Shown here in pieces: positions 1 to 13,900 of a DNA stretch of 64,000 bases. The stretch comes from Kudoa neothunni (taxonomy: Eukaryota; Animalia; Cnidaria), in the NCBI GenBank assembly GCA_964304625.1, contig OZ199840.1, positions 4,949,200 to 5,013,199 of the forward strand, read 5' to 3'. The notes under the pieces were generated by a model, which did no database searches, was not told the DNA's origin, and saw only the letters and a list, made by a program, of their open reading frames with translations. The first letter of the stretch is position 1, and the number at the start of each line of letters is the position of its first letter. A program made the position numbers and the translations under genes.

Positions 1-888
1 ATGAACGTTACAAGAATCGTGAGCTTCAAATACTGAAATCCCTCAGCCATCGTAACGTAATCAAACTGCAGTATTATTTTAAAATGGAAGAAAAGGTACG
101 TATTTCGAATTTTCACACACACACACACACCAGTGTTTATCCATTCACAATATTGATATCTATATAAGTTGATGTGTATATTTGAGTAGGGGGGTAAATC
201 ATTTGTGTCTTATTTTCGATTACTTCCCATTGACAATCGCACAATTCTATCGTGAAGCTCACCAACGCAATCAATGCTCACCCGAACGAATCAAAGCCAT
301 TGTGTACCAAATTTTTCTCGGTCTACAATACGTACATTCATTGAGCATATGCCATCGAGATATTAAACCCCAAAATCTGCTGTACAATCCACTAAAAGGG
401 CTGGTTCAAATCGCCGATTTCGGCAGTGCCAAACAACTGATTCCAGGACAGAAAAGCGTGTCTACATCTGTTCGAGACACTACCGAGCCCCCGAACTCAT
501 CTTTGGGTTGACCAACTACAGCTGTAGTATCGATATATGGGCTGTGGGTTGTGTGATGGCGGAGATTATCATTTGTAGACCGATTTTTCCTGGAGATAGT
601 AATGTCGGCCAACTCACTGAAATCATTCGCATAATTGGTAATCCTTCTGATACCGATCTCATGGAAATGAACCCTGATCACCAACCCAATATCAATCTTC
701 AAGTGAAACCTGTCACCCTCGCCAAACTCATCCCACAACCTCAATGGCATTCCGCTGTTGATTTTCTCAACGACCTCCTTGTGTACAGTCCCTACAAGAG
801 AATCACCAGTGATTCTGCTGTGTCGCACCCCTATTTTGCTGATGTCAACGAAAAAGCTGCATTTGGCACTCTATCACCCATACATTAG
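1..888 (+). CDS. GSK3: Glycogen synthase kinase-3 family Ser/Thr kinase, 5'-truncated by the window edge; two apparent frameshifts (possible pseudogene or assembly error)
   Basis: Exon 3-95 reads [26 protein letters not shown]; intron 96-189; then [22 protein letters not shown], (S)[28 protein letters not shown] and [16 protein letters not shown], all GSK3 hallmarks. Frame breaks at the G-run 189-194 and at 461-463. Confidence 0.9.
114..130. repeat. (CA)n microsatellite in GSK3 intron
   Basis: cacacacacacacacac read directly. Confidence 0.9.
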
Positions 889-2119
889 TGCGCGCTTTTT
901 TTGCCATAATTTAATCGATGGCATCATTGTCACACTTTGTATATTGATGTATTGGTTGTTACAATTACACGAACAATAACCCTCCAATTCAGACTACAAT
1001 CATTCCCTCATTCAAAATATAACGTTTACTACTCTTGACAAGTATTTTCTCTAATTATTCTGGTTGGTCTCGCAAAATTTAATTGGTTTTCCATTAGATT
1101 TACTTTTTATTGATATGGTTAGATCTACTTTGATTATTTTGTATAGATATTTTTAATTATTATACCTATTTGCGTTTCTATCATTATTTTTCTTCACACC
1201 TTGTGATATTGATATTTATTAGCTGGTGTTTTTGCTGGGGTGCAAATTTATAATGACTCTCTTGCTATTCTAATCTATAAATATTCTGTGTACACCAGTC
1301 ACCAGTGTTTACCAACCCCCCAATCGTGGGTTTTGTGTGGATCATGGAAAATTTATTGCTAACTAGAGAGAGCATAAACTCCACCTCACGTAGGCGTCCT
1401 TGCACGGCCAAGTTGACTAGAGCCTTGAAAAGGCAGGTAGGTAGGTAGGTCATTTTGAGTTTAAAGTTAATTAACAGTATTTGGACAAATAGAACAAGGA
1501 TTACACAAAAAATGATTTATTTATTTAACTAACATAAAAATAAACATTTATTAATTAGTTTTTGGTTATAAATTGTAATATTACAACATATATTTATAAT
1601 CTACTGAAATACCTAACTTTGATATGTGAATATATGATCGAATATGTGATCTACCTAGGTTTCTTGACCGTTAATTGTTACGTTTTACGTAGTACGTTTA
1701 AAGAAAGTAAACACAAATATCACTTGAGTTTGCTTTAATCTATTTTAATTTTGTAACTCATTAATATATAAAACGCGGCAACCAATGAGTTATCTGATTG
1801 GTCTCTGTTAGTCATTATAGACAGATTGTGGTGTAATCAATGTAAATAACTATGTTTAACACAAAACGTTAAAGGATTTTAAACTTTTTCTAAATAAAAT
1901 GGAAAACTACACGTGAATCCGAATATGAATACGCGTGGCTTAGGATTTTAAAGTTATTTTTTGATATAAAGAAATATGATAAAATTTTGAAGAGAAATCA
2001 GTTAGTAGGACAAATTGTAAGGAACGGCTTTGATCCAATTGTAGGTCGATGCCGCACTAAGTTCGTATACAGTTACTGTGGTTAGTCCTAAATTGTGCTT
2101 TAATTAACTTACCTTAAAT

Positions 2120-2670
2120 AATTAATAATTAGACGCATGATGCTTATTTAATATTTTTAAGAATGAATAAACATTACTGAGCGTTTAGAATTTCCACTTT
2201 AGAACTCCTAAAAAATCGATTTTCTCCTTGTTGTTCACAGTGTAATCTCTAAATCATACCATATGAATATGAATGATCTTGTTAAACATCAATAAATGAA
2301 TTTCATATTAATGTTCGGCTACATAACCTAATATTACCTTACTTATTTGAATTAATTCAATTATTAAATTACGTTTCAATAATGTTAAAGTAAAATAAAC
2401 ACTATGGTACGTTTAAAATCAAATTTTTAAAACTTTAACGAAATGATCTATATGTTTGCATAAAGCCTCAAATCATATGAATCTTACCACGTGAAAATGT
2501 TTTTAGTCATTTTGTAGGATGCAAATCTTTAATAATTTTTTACATTTTTTCTGTATTAACGTAAAATTTTATCTTTCCATATGTGTGAGCTCAAATGAGG
2601 AGATATGTCTCTCTATAAATAATCAAAAATGCGTACACACTGGGATTTCCGGTTTGCTTTATATAGGAGA
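2120..2670 (-). mobile_element. Non-autonomous Helitron, 3'-truncated copy
   Basis: Colinear with 56300-56862 and with the reverse complement of 18217-19010; 5' end on minus strand A|TCTCCTATATAAAGCAAACCGG. Left boundary approximate. Confidence 0.75.
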
Positions 2671-5277
2671 TTTTTGACGAGACGTGAGAACGTGGGCCTA
2701 TGTTTTGCAACTTGGGAGGTGAATATTTTTGTATACAGTCGGTGATCGATTATGCACTGTTGATCAATATGGCATTATTCCCAGAAAAATTAGAAATTAA
2801 GCGATAAACGAAGGTAAAGACGTAAGAAAATATGATGAAAAATATAAAATCATAAAATACCACCAAAATCTATCATTAATACACGTTTAGATAGTTCCTC
2901 GGAGACATTTCAACATATCAAATATTACAACCCTAAATGGCCTATCCGATGAAAGATTTAAATTTTTTCGCCGATTTAAAAATGTTTATATTATTCGATT
3001 ATTGTTAAAATTTGTGTCAGCGGGTCAAAATATAACGAACCAAAATAAGCGATTTTTCCAAAAATTGCAACTAAATGTTATTTGGTTCTTTTGTCTATTC
3101 TAAGATTTTAAAAACTTTTTTCACGGTTCGGAAGAAATTGTACAAAATCGATTACCTGCTGTATCAGATGGTTGAATTTTTGAAATAGATTACAAAATAA
3201 TGGATTATTATTACAGCTTCTACAGGGAAGCGCGATAACAATCATCTTTAGATCTTTAACAGTGTCTAATGTGGCTAAATTAAATAATAAGGGTTTTTTT
3301 AATTTTTGAGATATTTCAGAAATAAAAGTTGGATAACATTGGAAATAATAATAATAATAATAATTATTTATCAGTTGTTAGTTACATTGGTATTAGGAAT
3401 GAATATATTTCCGTTCATAATCCGCTTGTGTTAATACAAATTCAGATAAAAAATCCTTCACCCAAGTTGTAAACTTGTTCGAACGTTTCCCTTAATATTT
3501 TTATCTATTAAGACATCATTGTCTTAATAGATCAGAAGTGATGTGAATAATTTTAATCGTGAATAAATGATTTTGTAGATAAAACCATGTTTTATACTAA
3601 ATTTAATCTAAAGTGAGAGAATTAAAGAATGCGATTATGACTACGGGTTAATATAAAAAACCTGCCCGAATTTAAAATTTTCAAACTGATTCGTTCTTAT
3701 AAGCATGATTTAAGAATTTATTAATAGAATGAGGAAGATTTTTGAGATATATAACAAAAAGTAATCACTTACATACAAATAAAAATAGAATAGATTATAT
3801 TTCTAGACAATGTTAGTTGCCAATTAAAAAATAGTTTTATAAATACGTAATAAAAAATAATTGAGAATAAAATAAGATGTATTTTTATTTCATAAAGCGC
3901 TAAAAAGTTTATAAGAAGAAATATTATTTACGCAAATAATTTAAATTACTTTTCAATCCGATAAGAAGAAGAATATATTTTTAATTATGCTTATTTGGAA
4001 AGAAGTTTTATTACCCACGTTGAGTACTAACAAAAATACACCGCAGTGTTGCGCGCGCACTGTATTGTGTTCTTTGGGTTGCTATTTAGGGCGCGAATTT
4101 TTGCGGTTCTCAGTAAATTATGTATTATCGGTTTTTTATTATATATATACAAAATAACACGAAACTCTCAGTTACGTGTCGTATTGGGAAGGTCCTGCTT
4201 TATAAAATCTCATAAACATTCCAAACGGCATTATCCTGTCAACGAACCCATATAACTATATATATGCCTTACATACGATAAAATAAAAAAATTTAAAAGT
4301 ATTAATTATTAATAAAAAGATAAAACCAAATTTACTGAGCATTATTTTCTGCAACACATAATAAACGTGTGCTGTTTACCAAACAGTATATTTTAAAAAT
4401 CCTAATTTGATTGCGTCTATTTACTGGATAAAATGTGCTATAATCCAAAACGATCATTGAAAAAATTAAAAATGGAAATGTTTTGCTATAAATTATAAAT
4501 GTAATAAAGTAGGAAACGCAACAACATTATAATTATAAAAATTTAATGATAAAATGATTATAACTTTTTTTATAATTCGAATAAATGGATCAAAAAAATA
4601 TATAAACTAAGTAATTATTAGTTGATTACATTGCTCTTTTAAAAAATTCATAGTCGATATAAAAAATATGATAGAGAAAATATTCTATAATAAGACACTT
4701 GTAGGCTTACTTTATTTAAATGGTTGGGTCATATAATTTCAGAAACAGAATATTATAAAAAATGATTTTAATCCGTAAAATTAACTTAAAAGTTAATATA
4801 TATGAAATAATGTGAGTTTTTATTGGTTTGGGAAATTTGACGAAGAATTCGCACATGCTGACGACATTGTATTCGGGATTTACAGTGTCTTATGAATTTG
4901 TGGCGATGATTTTGATTTCTTTTAGAGAATGAAAACTACTTAAGTCACAGTAAAATAAAATTAGGAGTTATAATAATTAACTGTATCTATGCTCTAGTTA
5001 TTCTTATATTTTATTATAAACATTTGCGGATATAAATTTCTCTAGTTTCAAAAATAACCAACTATTTTTAGATAATTTAATTTAAATATTCACCAGTTAT
5101 CAAGTAGAATTAAAGTTGACGGAATCCTAGGATTGATACAACTCAACAATCCATTTTTTATATTCTTCTGAACAACACTCAAAATTAATTTTAGTTCAGT
5201 TAAGAAAGCACAGAAAAATCACGTTCAATATACAACAGAAAATAATTACAAAAGAGTATCACTTAAAATTATTAAGA

Positions 5278-8200
5278 TTATTGGAAAGCGTATTTCACTT
5301 GAACCAAATATTTATTAACTTGATCGAGGAGTTCTTTTTTCTGTTGCAAAGTGAAAAAAGTAGGATATCCAGATATTTGAGTAGGTGCTTTATTGGTGAG
5401 TTTATTGTGGATAATATCCAAGCACACAAGCAGATCACTTCTTTTGGATTTTTCAAACAAAAGATTTGATTTGTAGATTTTCAAGGAGATGTACAAATAT
5501 TTAGTGGCAGTTGACACATCGAAACAATTTGCTTCCTCCCCCACAAGAGAGTTTTTATAATCAACAATGTGATTAATCAAGTGGAATAGGATGTTTTTGA
5601 TCACAGTTACACCTTTGAAAGGTAAGAGATAGGATTTGACTGTATTGGAGTCGATCTTAAGTGCCAAACGGGCGTAGGTGTCTTCTTTGGAGGGTAGTTG
5701 ATCGGCCAACTTCACGTAAAGTATGAACACGCTAGTAACGGAATGTTGAAAGTCGTCCAACGACTCGATCTCTTCAATACCGGTTCTCCAAGCGTGTTTG
5801 AACAGATGGCCTTTGCCAAACAAATTTATTAACCCAGAGTATGATGGTTTTAGGTATTTGATAATTTTAGCAAAACCAAACAACCCATTACACATATCGA
5901 GTGTCACTTTATTGGAGAATATTTTCTCAAAGTAGGTGACACTTCCAGTAATAATAAATTGCAGAAATAAGTGCACAAGGCGACAACCTCCATTCATGTT
6001 ATATATAGATCTGACAATAAGTTTCACATAGTCATAGTTGGAGTAGAAACGTTTCAAAATAACCACCATATAGATCATGGTCTTGTCAAAGATGCTCACG
6101 AGGAAGTGATCACACGCTTTAATATTAACATTCTCCCCATGAACGGGGCAACAATAGTTGATACTGCTGAAAGATTGAACAACATTATTCCACTTTACAT
6201 TTGGCAATGCGGAATTTGCGTTTAACTGTAGAAAACTGCTAACAAACTGAAGACACTCCTGGTTTTTATCGATTCGCATAATACACTGCATCAACAACTC
6301 CAATAATGATCGCAAATCAACACAAAAACACGAAATAAGGCGCGATGATGGTTGATCACCACTGACAAAAATATTTTTAGTTCCACAATGACTTCCATGT
6401 GCACACAGAAATTCAAATAATGAACTCAACAACTGGTAGAAACATTTCGTGGAATCAGACAGATGTTGCTGCATTAGAAATTTGTCCAATTGTTCAACAG
6501 TACAATTCACATGATTCATATATTCGGTGATTGTGGATATGAGTAGTTGGGCAGACTTGGCCGTATTGATGTTTGCATTGTCGGTCAATACATTACTCTT
6601 ATATGTCATGTAGTAGATGTACCATAGCAACCACGACACATCACTAGAGCAATTGGCAACACTATCCGAATCATCAACATTGTTGCAAACATTAGTGACA
6701 GCAGTTTCAAGTTTGCTGAATTTATTGAAGGAGAATGACTGCAAACGTTTTCGCACGTTATAAATAGAACACATGTTGCAACTGGCATTTTCCCCATGGA
6801 TAGATGAATTAAACAAATCAATACGATCATCCAAACAATCTTCCATAACTTTCAAATGAGAGGTGAAATGAGAGGTGAAATGAGCGGCAACATGAGTGTC
6901 TATTGGGCGTGTCTCAATGAGGTTTGATGGATGCTGTTGAGAGGTTCCAAAAATGCAAATGCAATACTCGTAGGAGGATAGCAGTAGCGATGCTCTGGCG
7001 AGATCCATCTGCATGATCAATTTATAGTTGGTGTCATCGCACAAACTAATGCCCAACTCGAGTGCATTCAACGCTAGATTTCCTAAACGATGGAGTTTAA
7101 GTTGTTTTTTGCAATCCAGCGTAACAATGGGTTTGTAATCGGTGGTGATATTGATTGTGGTCTGCAGTTCGTAAAAGTCCAGCACTTCAAAGTTCACATA
7201 GTAAATAGTGTGGCAGAATGTGGCCCACCATCCGAAATAATCGTTAGGCGCCAGAAACAAATAAATGGATATAATTTTTTTGGCTTCATTCAAATGTTTG
7301 GAACCTTGCACTAACGCCATTCGTAAATGGTACTCAATTACAAATTGTAGTATCAATCTCGAGTTGTACAAATGTGTTGGAATTTTGGAGTTTGAATTGG
7401 CGCGCTTTTTAAAAAACACAGATGCAGACAATTGTTTGCGGCATTTTATAAAATTGGAAATATGTTTGCATTGCGCTCGAAAGTTGTCAAAGACCAATTC
7501 CAACTCGGATACGATAATATTGGTTAGGATTTGGAACAACTTGAAGAGGTCATTAGTCAACGATGGTCGGCTATTGCCGATAATCGATGTGGAGACTTTG
7601 AAGAGATACGGGCCAAGAGTGACACTCTCGGCGGGTTTAAAAAATTCAAACGCAGCCATTACAACAGGAAATGGAAGCGATTCCGCGCAGGCTGAGTTGT
7701 TAGCAGTTGTTGTCATGGTGTTGTTAAAAGTGGCACGTTCATTAGAATGATGCACAACTACATTTCTAGTGAGATTTTTTATTTTGTTGGCGGGTGGATA
7801 GCCAATAAGGCAGCTATAGCATAGCAACATAGTATTCCGGCAAAATTCATCACTAAACGAGGTTTCCAAATTGGAGGAGCTGAGTGGGGTGTCTGTTATC
7901 GAAACAGCACCACTGATCAAATTATTATCAGCTGGAAACGACAAACGTTTAAAGGTGTTGTTGGTGTAGAGATCATTCAGATCCAACAAAATATCACTCA
8001 ACACACTTTTACACAACGCCACACGGCAGCACATTTGGCCATTCACCATGAGAATGGTGATTAATTCGTCTGCCATGTGGAAAATTATTGGTTTGATTTT
8101 GTTGCTACTGGTGTATAATGCTAGGTGTTTGGCGAGGAGCCAAAGCAGCTTAACACAACGCACACACATGAGATCTACCCAAGTGTCACCATGTTGGTCC

Positions 8201-10905
8201 AACAAAATACCAAGAAGATTGGTTAGTTGCGCAAGTGCGTCAGTGAAAAGATTAATGTCCGTTGATGGAGGTTGTTGTTTAAGTTGGTTGTGGTTGGTGA
8301 CACAACACCAATCACTGTGTTTGAAACAAGCGTCTAATTGAGCGAATCCCGTTTCGATATTCCACCAACTGAACAATTCTTTCAATTTGGATACTTTATC
8401 GGTGGGATCAACGCTCGCGCAACTACGGCGGAAATCATTCAAACAAAACCAAATCGATGATAACACACATTTGGTGACGTTGGCTGATTGCTCTAATCCG
8501 GAGTAACACGTAACCAACAGTGACAATTGTTTTTGCATGTTGCCATGGAAAACGCTATTATAAGAACTGCCGCGTCTATCAACCGAAGATAAATCCATAG
8601 CATTGCAGGTTGCATTACAGCTGCTCTCAGATTCGACCAACAGTTTTCGCTCAACACCGCCACGCTCAGGAATTCTAATATCACATGATTCCAATATAGC
8701 TAATGCGTGTGAGTAGTTTTTCGATTGTATCACACACTGAAAACCATCGATCTTTTTCCTCACGCACAACCTCTCCATTAGGTTTTCAATTTGAGCCGCG
8801 CTTATATTACATGTTTCGCGGGGAAACAAACCCACACTCTCAATCCCATAAGTCTCCAAATATCTTTTGCAATTGGTCAATTGAGTTTCAATAGCGTCGT
8901 AGTTGTTCGGGTCGGTTACCATGTGATAATGGGCCAATAACCATAATTGTCTAATTACCATTAACAATAGAGGAATGGCAGGAGGTCGTGTGAATTCGTT
9001 CAATGTCACCTTACAAAAAACCACCACAGTATCAATGTATTCGAGAATAGTATCGATTTTCTGTAACCAATGAGGAGTAGGAGGTGGTGTGTCTGCTTTA
9101 TCATCGTAGCACTCCGCCAACAAAATATATTCTATCTCCAATACACGTAGCATAACAAACGCATTAAGTACATAATCTTCGGGAGGCAACTCATTACTGC
9201 TATTCAAATACACGGGAATCACATCTCTTTGGTTGTAGAACAGTTTACCCAATGTTACATAGTTGCGACACATATCCAATGACCAACAATCCAACTCAAG
9301 ATTGCAATCAAATTTCACAAATAATTTCAGATATCGGTAAACAATATCGTGGTAGAGAACAATAGTGCAATTAGCAGATATAAATTCGTCAATATTATCA
9401 TTAAATTGGAGTGACGCAGACAATAGTTCATTATTGTTAGAACTGTCGGAGTTGAGAGGTTTGCGTGTCGGTTGTCGTTGTTGTTGTTGTTGCTGCTGCT
9501 GCTGCTGCTGATCTTCGAAATTGGCGGTGCTAGGGGAGTGAGAATTAGGCGGCGGAGCAGTTTGTGAATCCAAGTGGGAGATTAATTCTCGGAGAATACC
9601 ATAAAATTTCTCATACAAACTAATAGTAGCCACAGTCTCCAAAGTGCGGGTTTGACGACGAGTGAAACGTTTCGCCGCCTCATTAATATTATTATTATTA
9701 GTATTGTCGCTTTCCGAATCATTATCGGAAATAATTTCAACCACAATTTTGTTGTTATCATCATTGTTGTTATCATTTTCGGTTGGAGTGTTATGAGGGG
9801 TTGATTCTGCCTGAGCATGTGTGGGAGATTGACCAGTTTCATCAAATTCCAAGTCACTCATCTTAATCTAACACACGAAAATTCGTATTAAACATTAATA
9901 ACGGAAAATAACTACTGAAAAATTCATATAGCAACTGTAGCTAGAATTAGTCAATATGTGTCGATGTAAATCCAACAAAAATTGACCAACATAAATATAA
10001 GATTTTCGAGGGTATTTCCATTGAATTGCAAGGCTGTTCTGAGTGGTGAATTGATGATCGATGCATAGAATTTCGATCTTTACATCAATTTTTGAAAATG
10101 CGCGAGCCATCGCTTCTTTGTATTGTTTGATTTTGGCGAAAATTGAACCTTTGGCGGATTCAAACATCGAACCATAATCAGTATTAACCGCTTTTATTGA
10201 ATCTTCATCGTAATAAAGTCTCTTCTGATCAACTGCATCCTCCGTTATCAACAAATGACTGATGACGTAAGATGGCATAAACAGATCAATACGCTGAGCA
10301 ACCCTCCGAATAATCAGATTGCACATCTCAATATCTTTTATCAAATAGAAGCACACCAACAAATACTCATAACTTTTCCAATGATTTGGAACCAACTGAA
10401 CACATTCCATAAACAATTTGTATGATGGAATCAACTGACCGCAGTTGAACAGTGTAACCGCGTAACTGTAGCTAACTACAATATCGCCACTGTCTAAGGA
10501 ATACAACAGCGAATAACAATTAAGTGAATCCTCGGCTCGACCCACTTGCTCATAGAGAGATGCCAAATTTAGAAGCACACACTTTCTGAGCTGTGATGCA
10601 AACTCTCTACTACGTTGAGAGAGTTTGGTTGGGCTGTGGTACTCCATACAGCCTTCCGAAATAATACATTTATCACTGTTGGAACTGGGATTGCTTTCCA
10701 GTTTCTTCTCATGTACATTTAATAACTGATGTTGAATTAATTTCTCCAAAATCTCAATTGCTTCCATATCGGAATTTTGAGAAGCATATTTTAATGCTTG
10801 CGTATATTGTGCTTCCAATGAAAACACATCCGGATGGTTGTTCGTTTGACGTTCCGCTTTCAGTGTCTTTTTTTCATAGTATTCGTTCAGCGACTGCAAA
10901 CGCAT
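5278..10905 (-). CDS. CABIN1: Calcineurin-binding protein Cabin1 / HIR3-type TPR subunit of the HIRA histone chaperone, about 1859 aa, 2 exons
   Basis: ATG at 10905 (MRLQSLNE, cf. Cabin1 MIRIAALN); N-terminal TPRs (YTQALKY..., NLASLYEQ...YSLDSGDIVV...ECVQLVPNHW); phase-0 48-nt GT-AG intron 9868-9915 joins the two ORFs; C-terminal LFKHAWRTGIEEIESLDDF resembles Cabin1 FFNGIWRIPVDEIDRPGSF. PolyQ at about 9472-9510. Confidence 0.8.
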
Positions 10906-11757
10906 TACACTGCAATCACGCAACGCGCACACTCGAAATTTTGCTTTGTAAATAAGGAATTGGAAGGGGCGGCGGCACAGTGCCAATTATTGTTTCCGTC
11001 GGCTCCAACTGTTTTCCCTCATATAACATTAACTGGTGCTGAAATAATACCTATAAGTTGAATATGACATAAATGCACCATTATTTTATAGGCTGTGGCT
11101 ATTGTAAAAAATAAATTTAATCTTAAAGTTTGACGTACGCCTGCGCAAGACTCATTTACTCCTACGAACTACAGGAATGGATCCGTCGTACGTAATCCCC
11201 TCGGGGATGAGGAAATTGTATGTAATTTTTTGCGCGAGCGCACAAAAAATATTAAAACTTAAATATTAATGAAAAGACGATTTTTTTGCTTAAAATTACG
11301 ATTTAAAAATGAATAAACATCTGGAATAGAATCAGACATTAACTTACATTTATTTGAACCATGATGTTTAATTTTCAAAGTCGCACTCGCTAAAAAACAA
11401 TCTTCGGAAGTCTTTTGAGGTCAATTTCCTGGTATTTTCGATTTTTATCGACTAGTTTTTCAGGGAAACAATGTGAAATATGACAATCAATCCCGTTAAA
11501 TCTTTCACGTAATTATTCGTAGGCTATTAGCGAATGATCGTAAAATGTAAGCCACTGTTTAATAGCTAATTTATTGTTTATAATAATGATAATAATTTGA
11601 GATATTTTTATTTCAATTTTCTATAAACAATAATCTAATACATAACCGAAAATAACTTTAAAGATACACTTATACTCTCAATGAATCCATTGAAAGGACG
11701 AAACTAAAATAGTTTTAAAGGAAACCGCACAAGTTCTCTATCAACCATCAACCTCTC

Positions 11758-11950
11758 ATGAGCCGATATCTAGGGAAAGGGAAAATTGTCAAAGCAAAAT
11801 CATCCTATCTAGGGACCCAGACTAATAATTTTCTAATAGCCGAAAGACGTCGATGTGAATGCTGTCCTCGAAGAACTGATAAAAAAATCAAACCACATGC
11901 TAATATTAATATTGCAATAATCACTATTTCTCAGCGCATTCATCGAAGAA
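11758..11950 (+). mobile_element. piggyBac transposase C-terminal Cys-rich domain relic
   Basis: RRRCECCPRRTDKK...H resembles the piggyBac CRD and the C-terminus of the relic at about 29550 (RLKCEFYPRQHDKK). Confidence 0.45.
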
Positions 11951-13099
11951 ATGTAAGAATTGTTCAAATAATTAGATAATTCGGAACAAATTTTTAAAAA
12001 TTTATATAATATTTTTGTTGCGTGAAGAGTATATAGTGTTCAACTTATCAACTAAAACAATGAACACGAAGTAACATTCTTCGTACGATTATTTGCGAAC
12101 AGGATCCGAGATTATTAGTAAGGTATTAACACAGATTAAATGATATATTAATCATCATTTTACCAAAGAATGAGTCGATAGAATTAAAAAAAATCTTTTC
12201 TCTAATTTTTAAAAAATTTTTATAGTATAATCGTAAAATCAAAACTTGGGGTCAATTTTTGATAAATAAAATTATCATCCGTTTATGAATTTTTGGGAGG
12301 GATTGTCATTGCGTCATTGTTATTTCTATGAATTAGAGAGGACATCATTATAAACCACATTGCGATGTATCTACCACATTGATCTAATTATAAAAACTTA
12401 TTAATTGTTTAATCGTGGTAAAAAAATAACGAAAACGCTTAATTTAATCACGCGGTCAAAGCAAAAATGTACGTACGACCAATCCTTACGTGACTTCTTA
12501 TTTTTCGTTTTTTCGTACTACTTATGCTTATAAATTATCTATGCGAGTAATAATAACATCAAACCATTTTTGAAATCATATTAAATACGAGAGAACCTTT
12601 TAATATGTAAAATAATTAAATACTTTATATGTTGTCGATGTAAACATTTTAGCCAGCTAAAATTTATTTTCATTAAATCAGAATAAACATGACTGTTAAA
12701 ATTATTTCTTTAAATTTTTAAAATATTTTTAAAAAGTGACATGGAGGTATATCTCATGTTATTTGACATCATCCAATAAATTGTTCTTTCACAGATCTGA
12801 TCACGAGTTGATTACACCGCAAGTGAAAAGTATTTGAATATAATAATTTTGATTCAACGTAATTTTATATTTTAAATGACTTTTATAAATTCTTACGTAT
12901 ATATTTAAATTCAAAACTTGAATTAAGAATGATTTAACATTTTGGTCGATTAATTTAATACGATCCGCATCAGAGTTAGGGTATGTTTGTTCGGCCCGTC
13001 ACTCAATAAGGTTGCTGATCACTGTGTTAGACTCACGATAACCTTATGAGGTTTTCTCTATTTCGTTGGTTAATTAATTTCTTAATGTACCATTGTATT

Positions 13100-13900
13100 C
13101 GTTTGTTGCAAAAGATTCGGTTTGGTGACACCCACATAACTAGCGGCTGCATCTTGTACGATGAAATGGCGGAATCAATTTAATGGTATATTTGTCAACT
13201 AGTAAAAATGATGCCGAACAATCATTACTGACAAACACCACACTCTAAGGGGAGATGCTTGAAAGAATTATTTCCTAATTCCAGTCTAATGATCTGTATA
13301 TTTCATGTTTCTCAAAGTTTTAGACGTGAATTAACTATGTCGAAATATAGTATCACTCGAGTGAAAAGGTAAAAATTGCTTGAAACTCTTAATAAAATTA
13401 TCTGATTGACAAATAAAAATGAAATCGATAAACTATGAAGTAATCTTTTTCAACAAGGCGACGATAAGTTTTTTAATCATTTAAATCCATTTGCCTTCAA
13501 TATAATCCACAAAAAAATTCAAAATTTTGACGAAAATACGAATACAGATAATTTAACTACATCCATGAGATGCAATTGTTATATTTACAGATAGTATCTG
13601 CTTCCAATGTTCGATGCAAATCTATGCCACCCCGGATGATCAAAAGATTACATGAGCTGATTCTTGGAAACTATAAATATCACTCTAAAAAAGAGTATTT
13701 CAACAAAACCCAAAGGAAGTTTAATTCTTATGGAAAACGCTTAAAAAATTCTGTGATTTACACAAATAAGTTACCAGCGTTTTCCGCTGCATATTGTGGG
13801 GAGTTTTATGATAGTTGCCTATCACTATTCAAAACAATGGAAAAAACTATCAAGAACCACGACATCAAATTAATAAACAAATAAATCACTTAGGTATTTT
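13100..13900 (+). mobile_element. Decayed MULE (ZSWIM3-like) transposase fragment
   Basis: Broken frames give IITDK and LKELFPNSSLMICIFHVSQSFRREL, the MULE TD...CxFH motif. Boundaries approximate. Confidence 0.5.

Noticed and set aside
406-828. Antisense and alternate-frame ORFs over GSK3, Cabin1, ACP6 and the surface genes
   Set aside because: Shadows of real coding exons with no independent motifs.
1410-1452. GCCTTGAAAAGGC hairpin resembling SRP helix 8 or a histone stem-loop
   Set aside because: Consensus mismatches, wrong position for SRP, and no histone gene upstream.
4186-4198. GGGAAGGTCCTG resembling RNase P CR-I
   Set aside because: No matching CR-IV/CR-V or P4 partner downstream.
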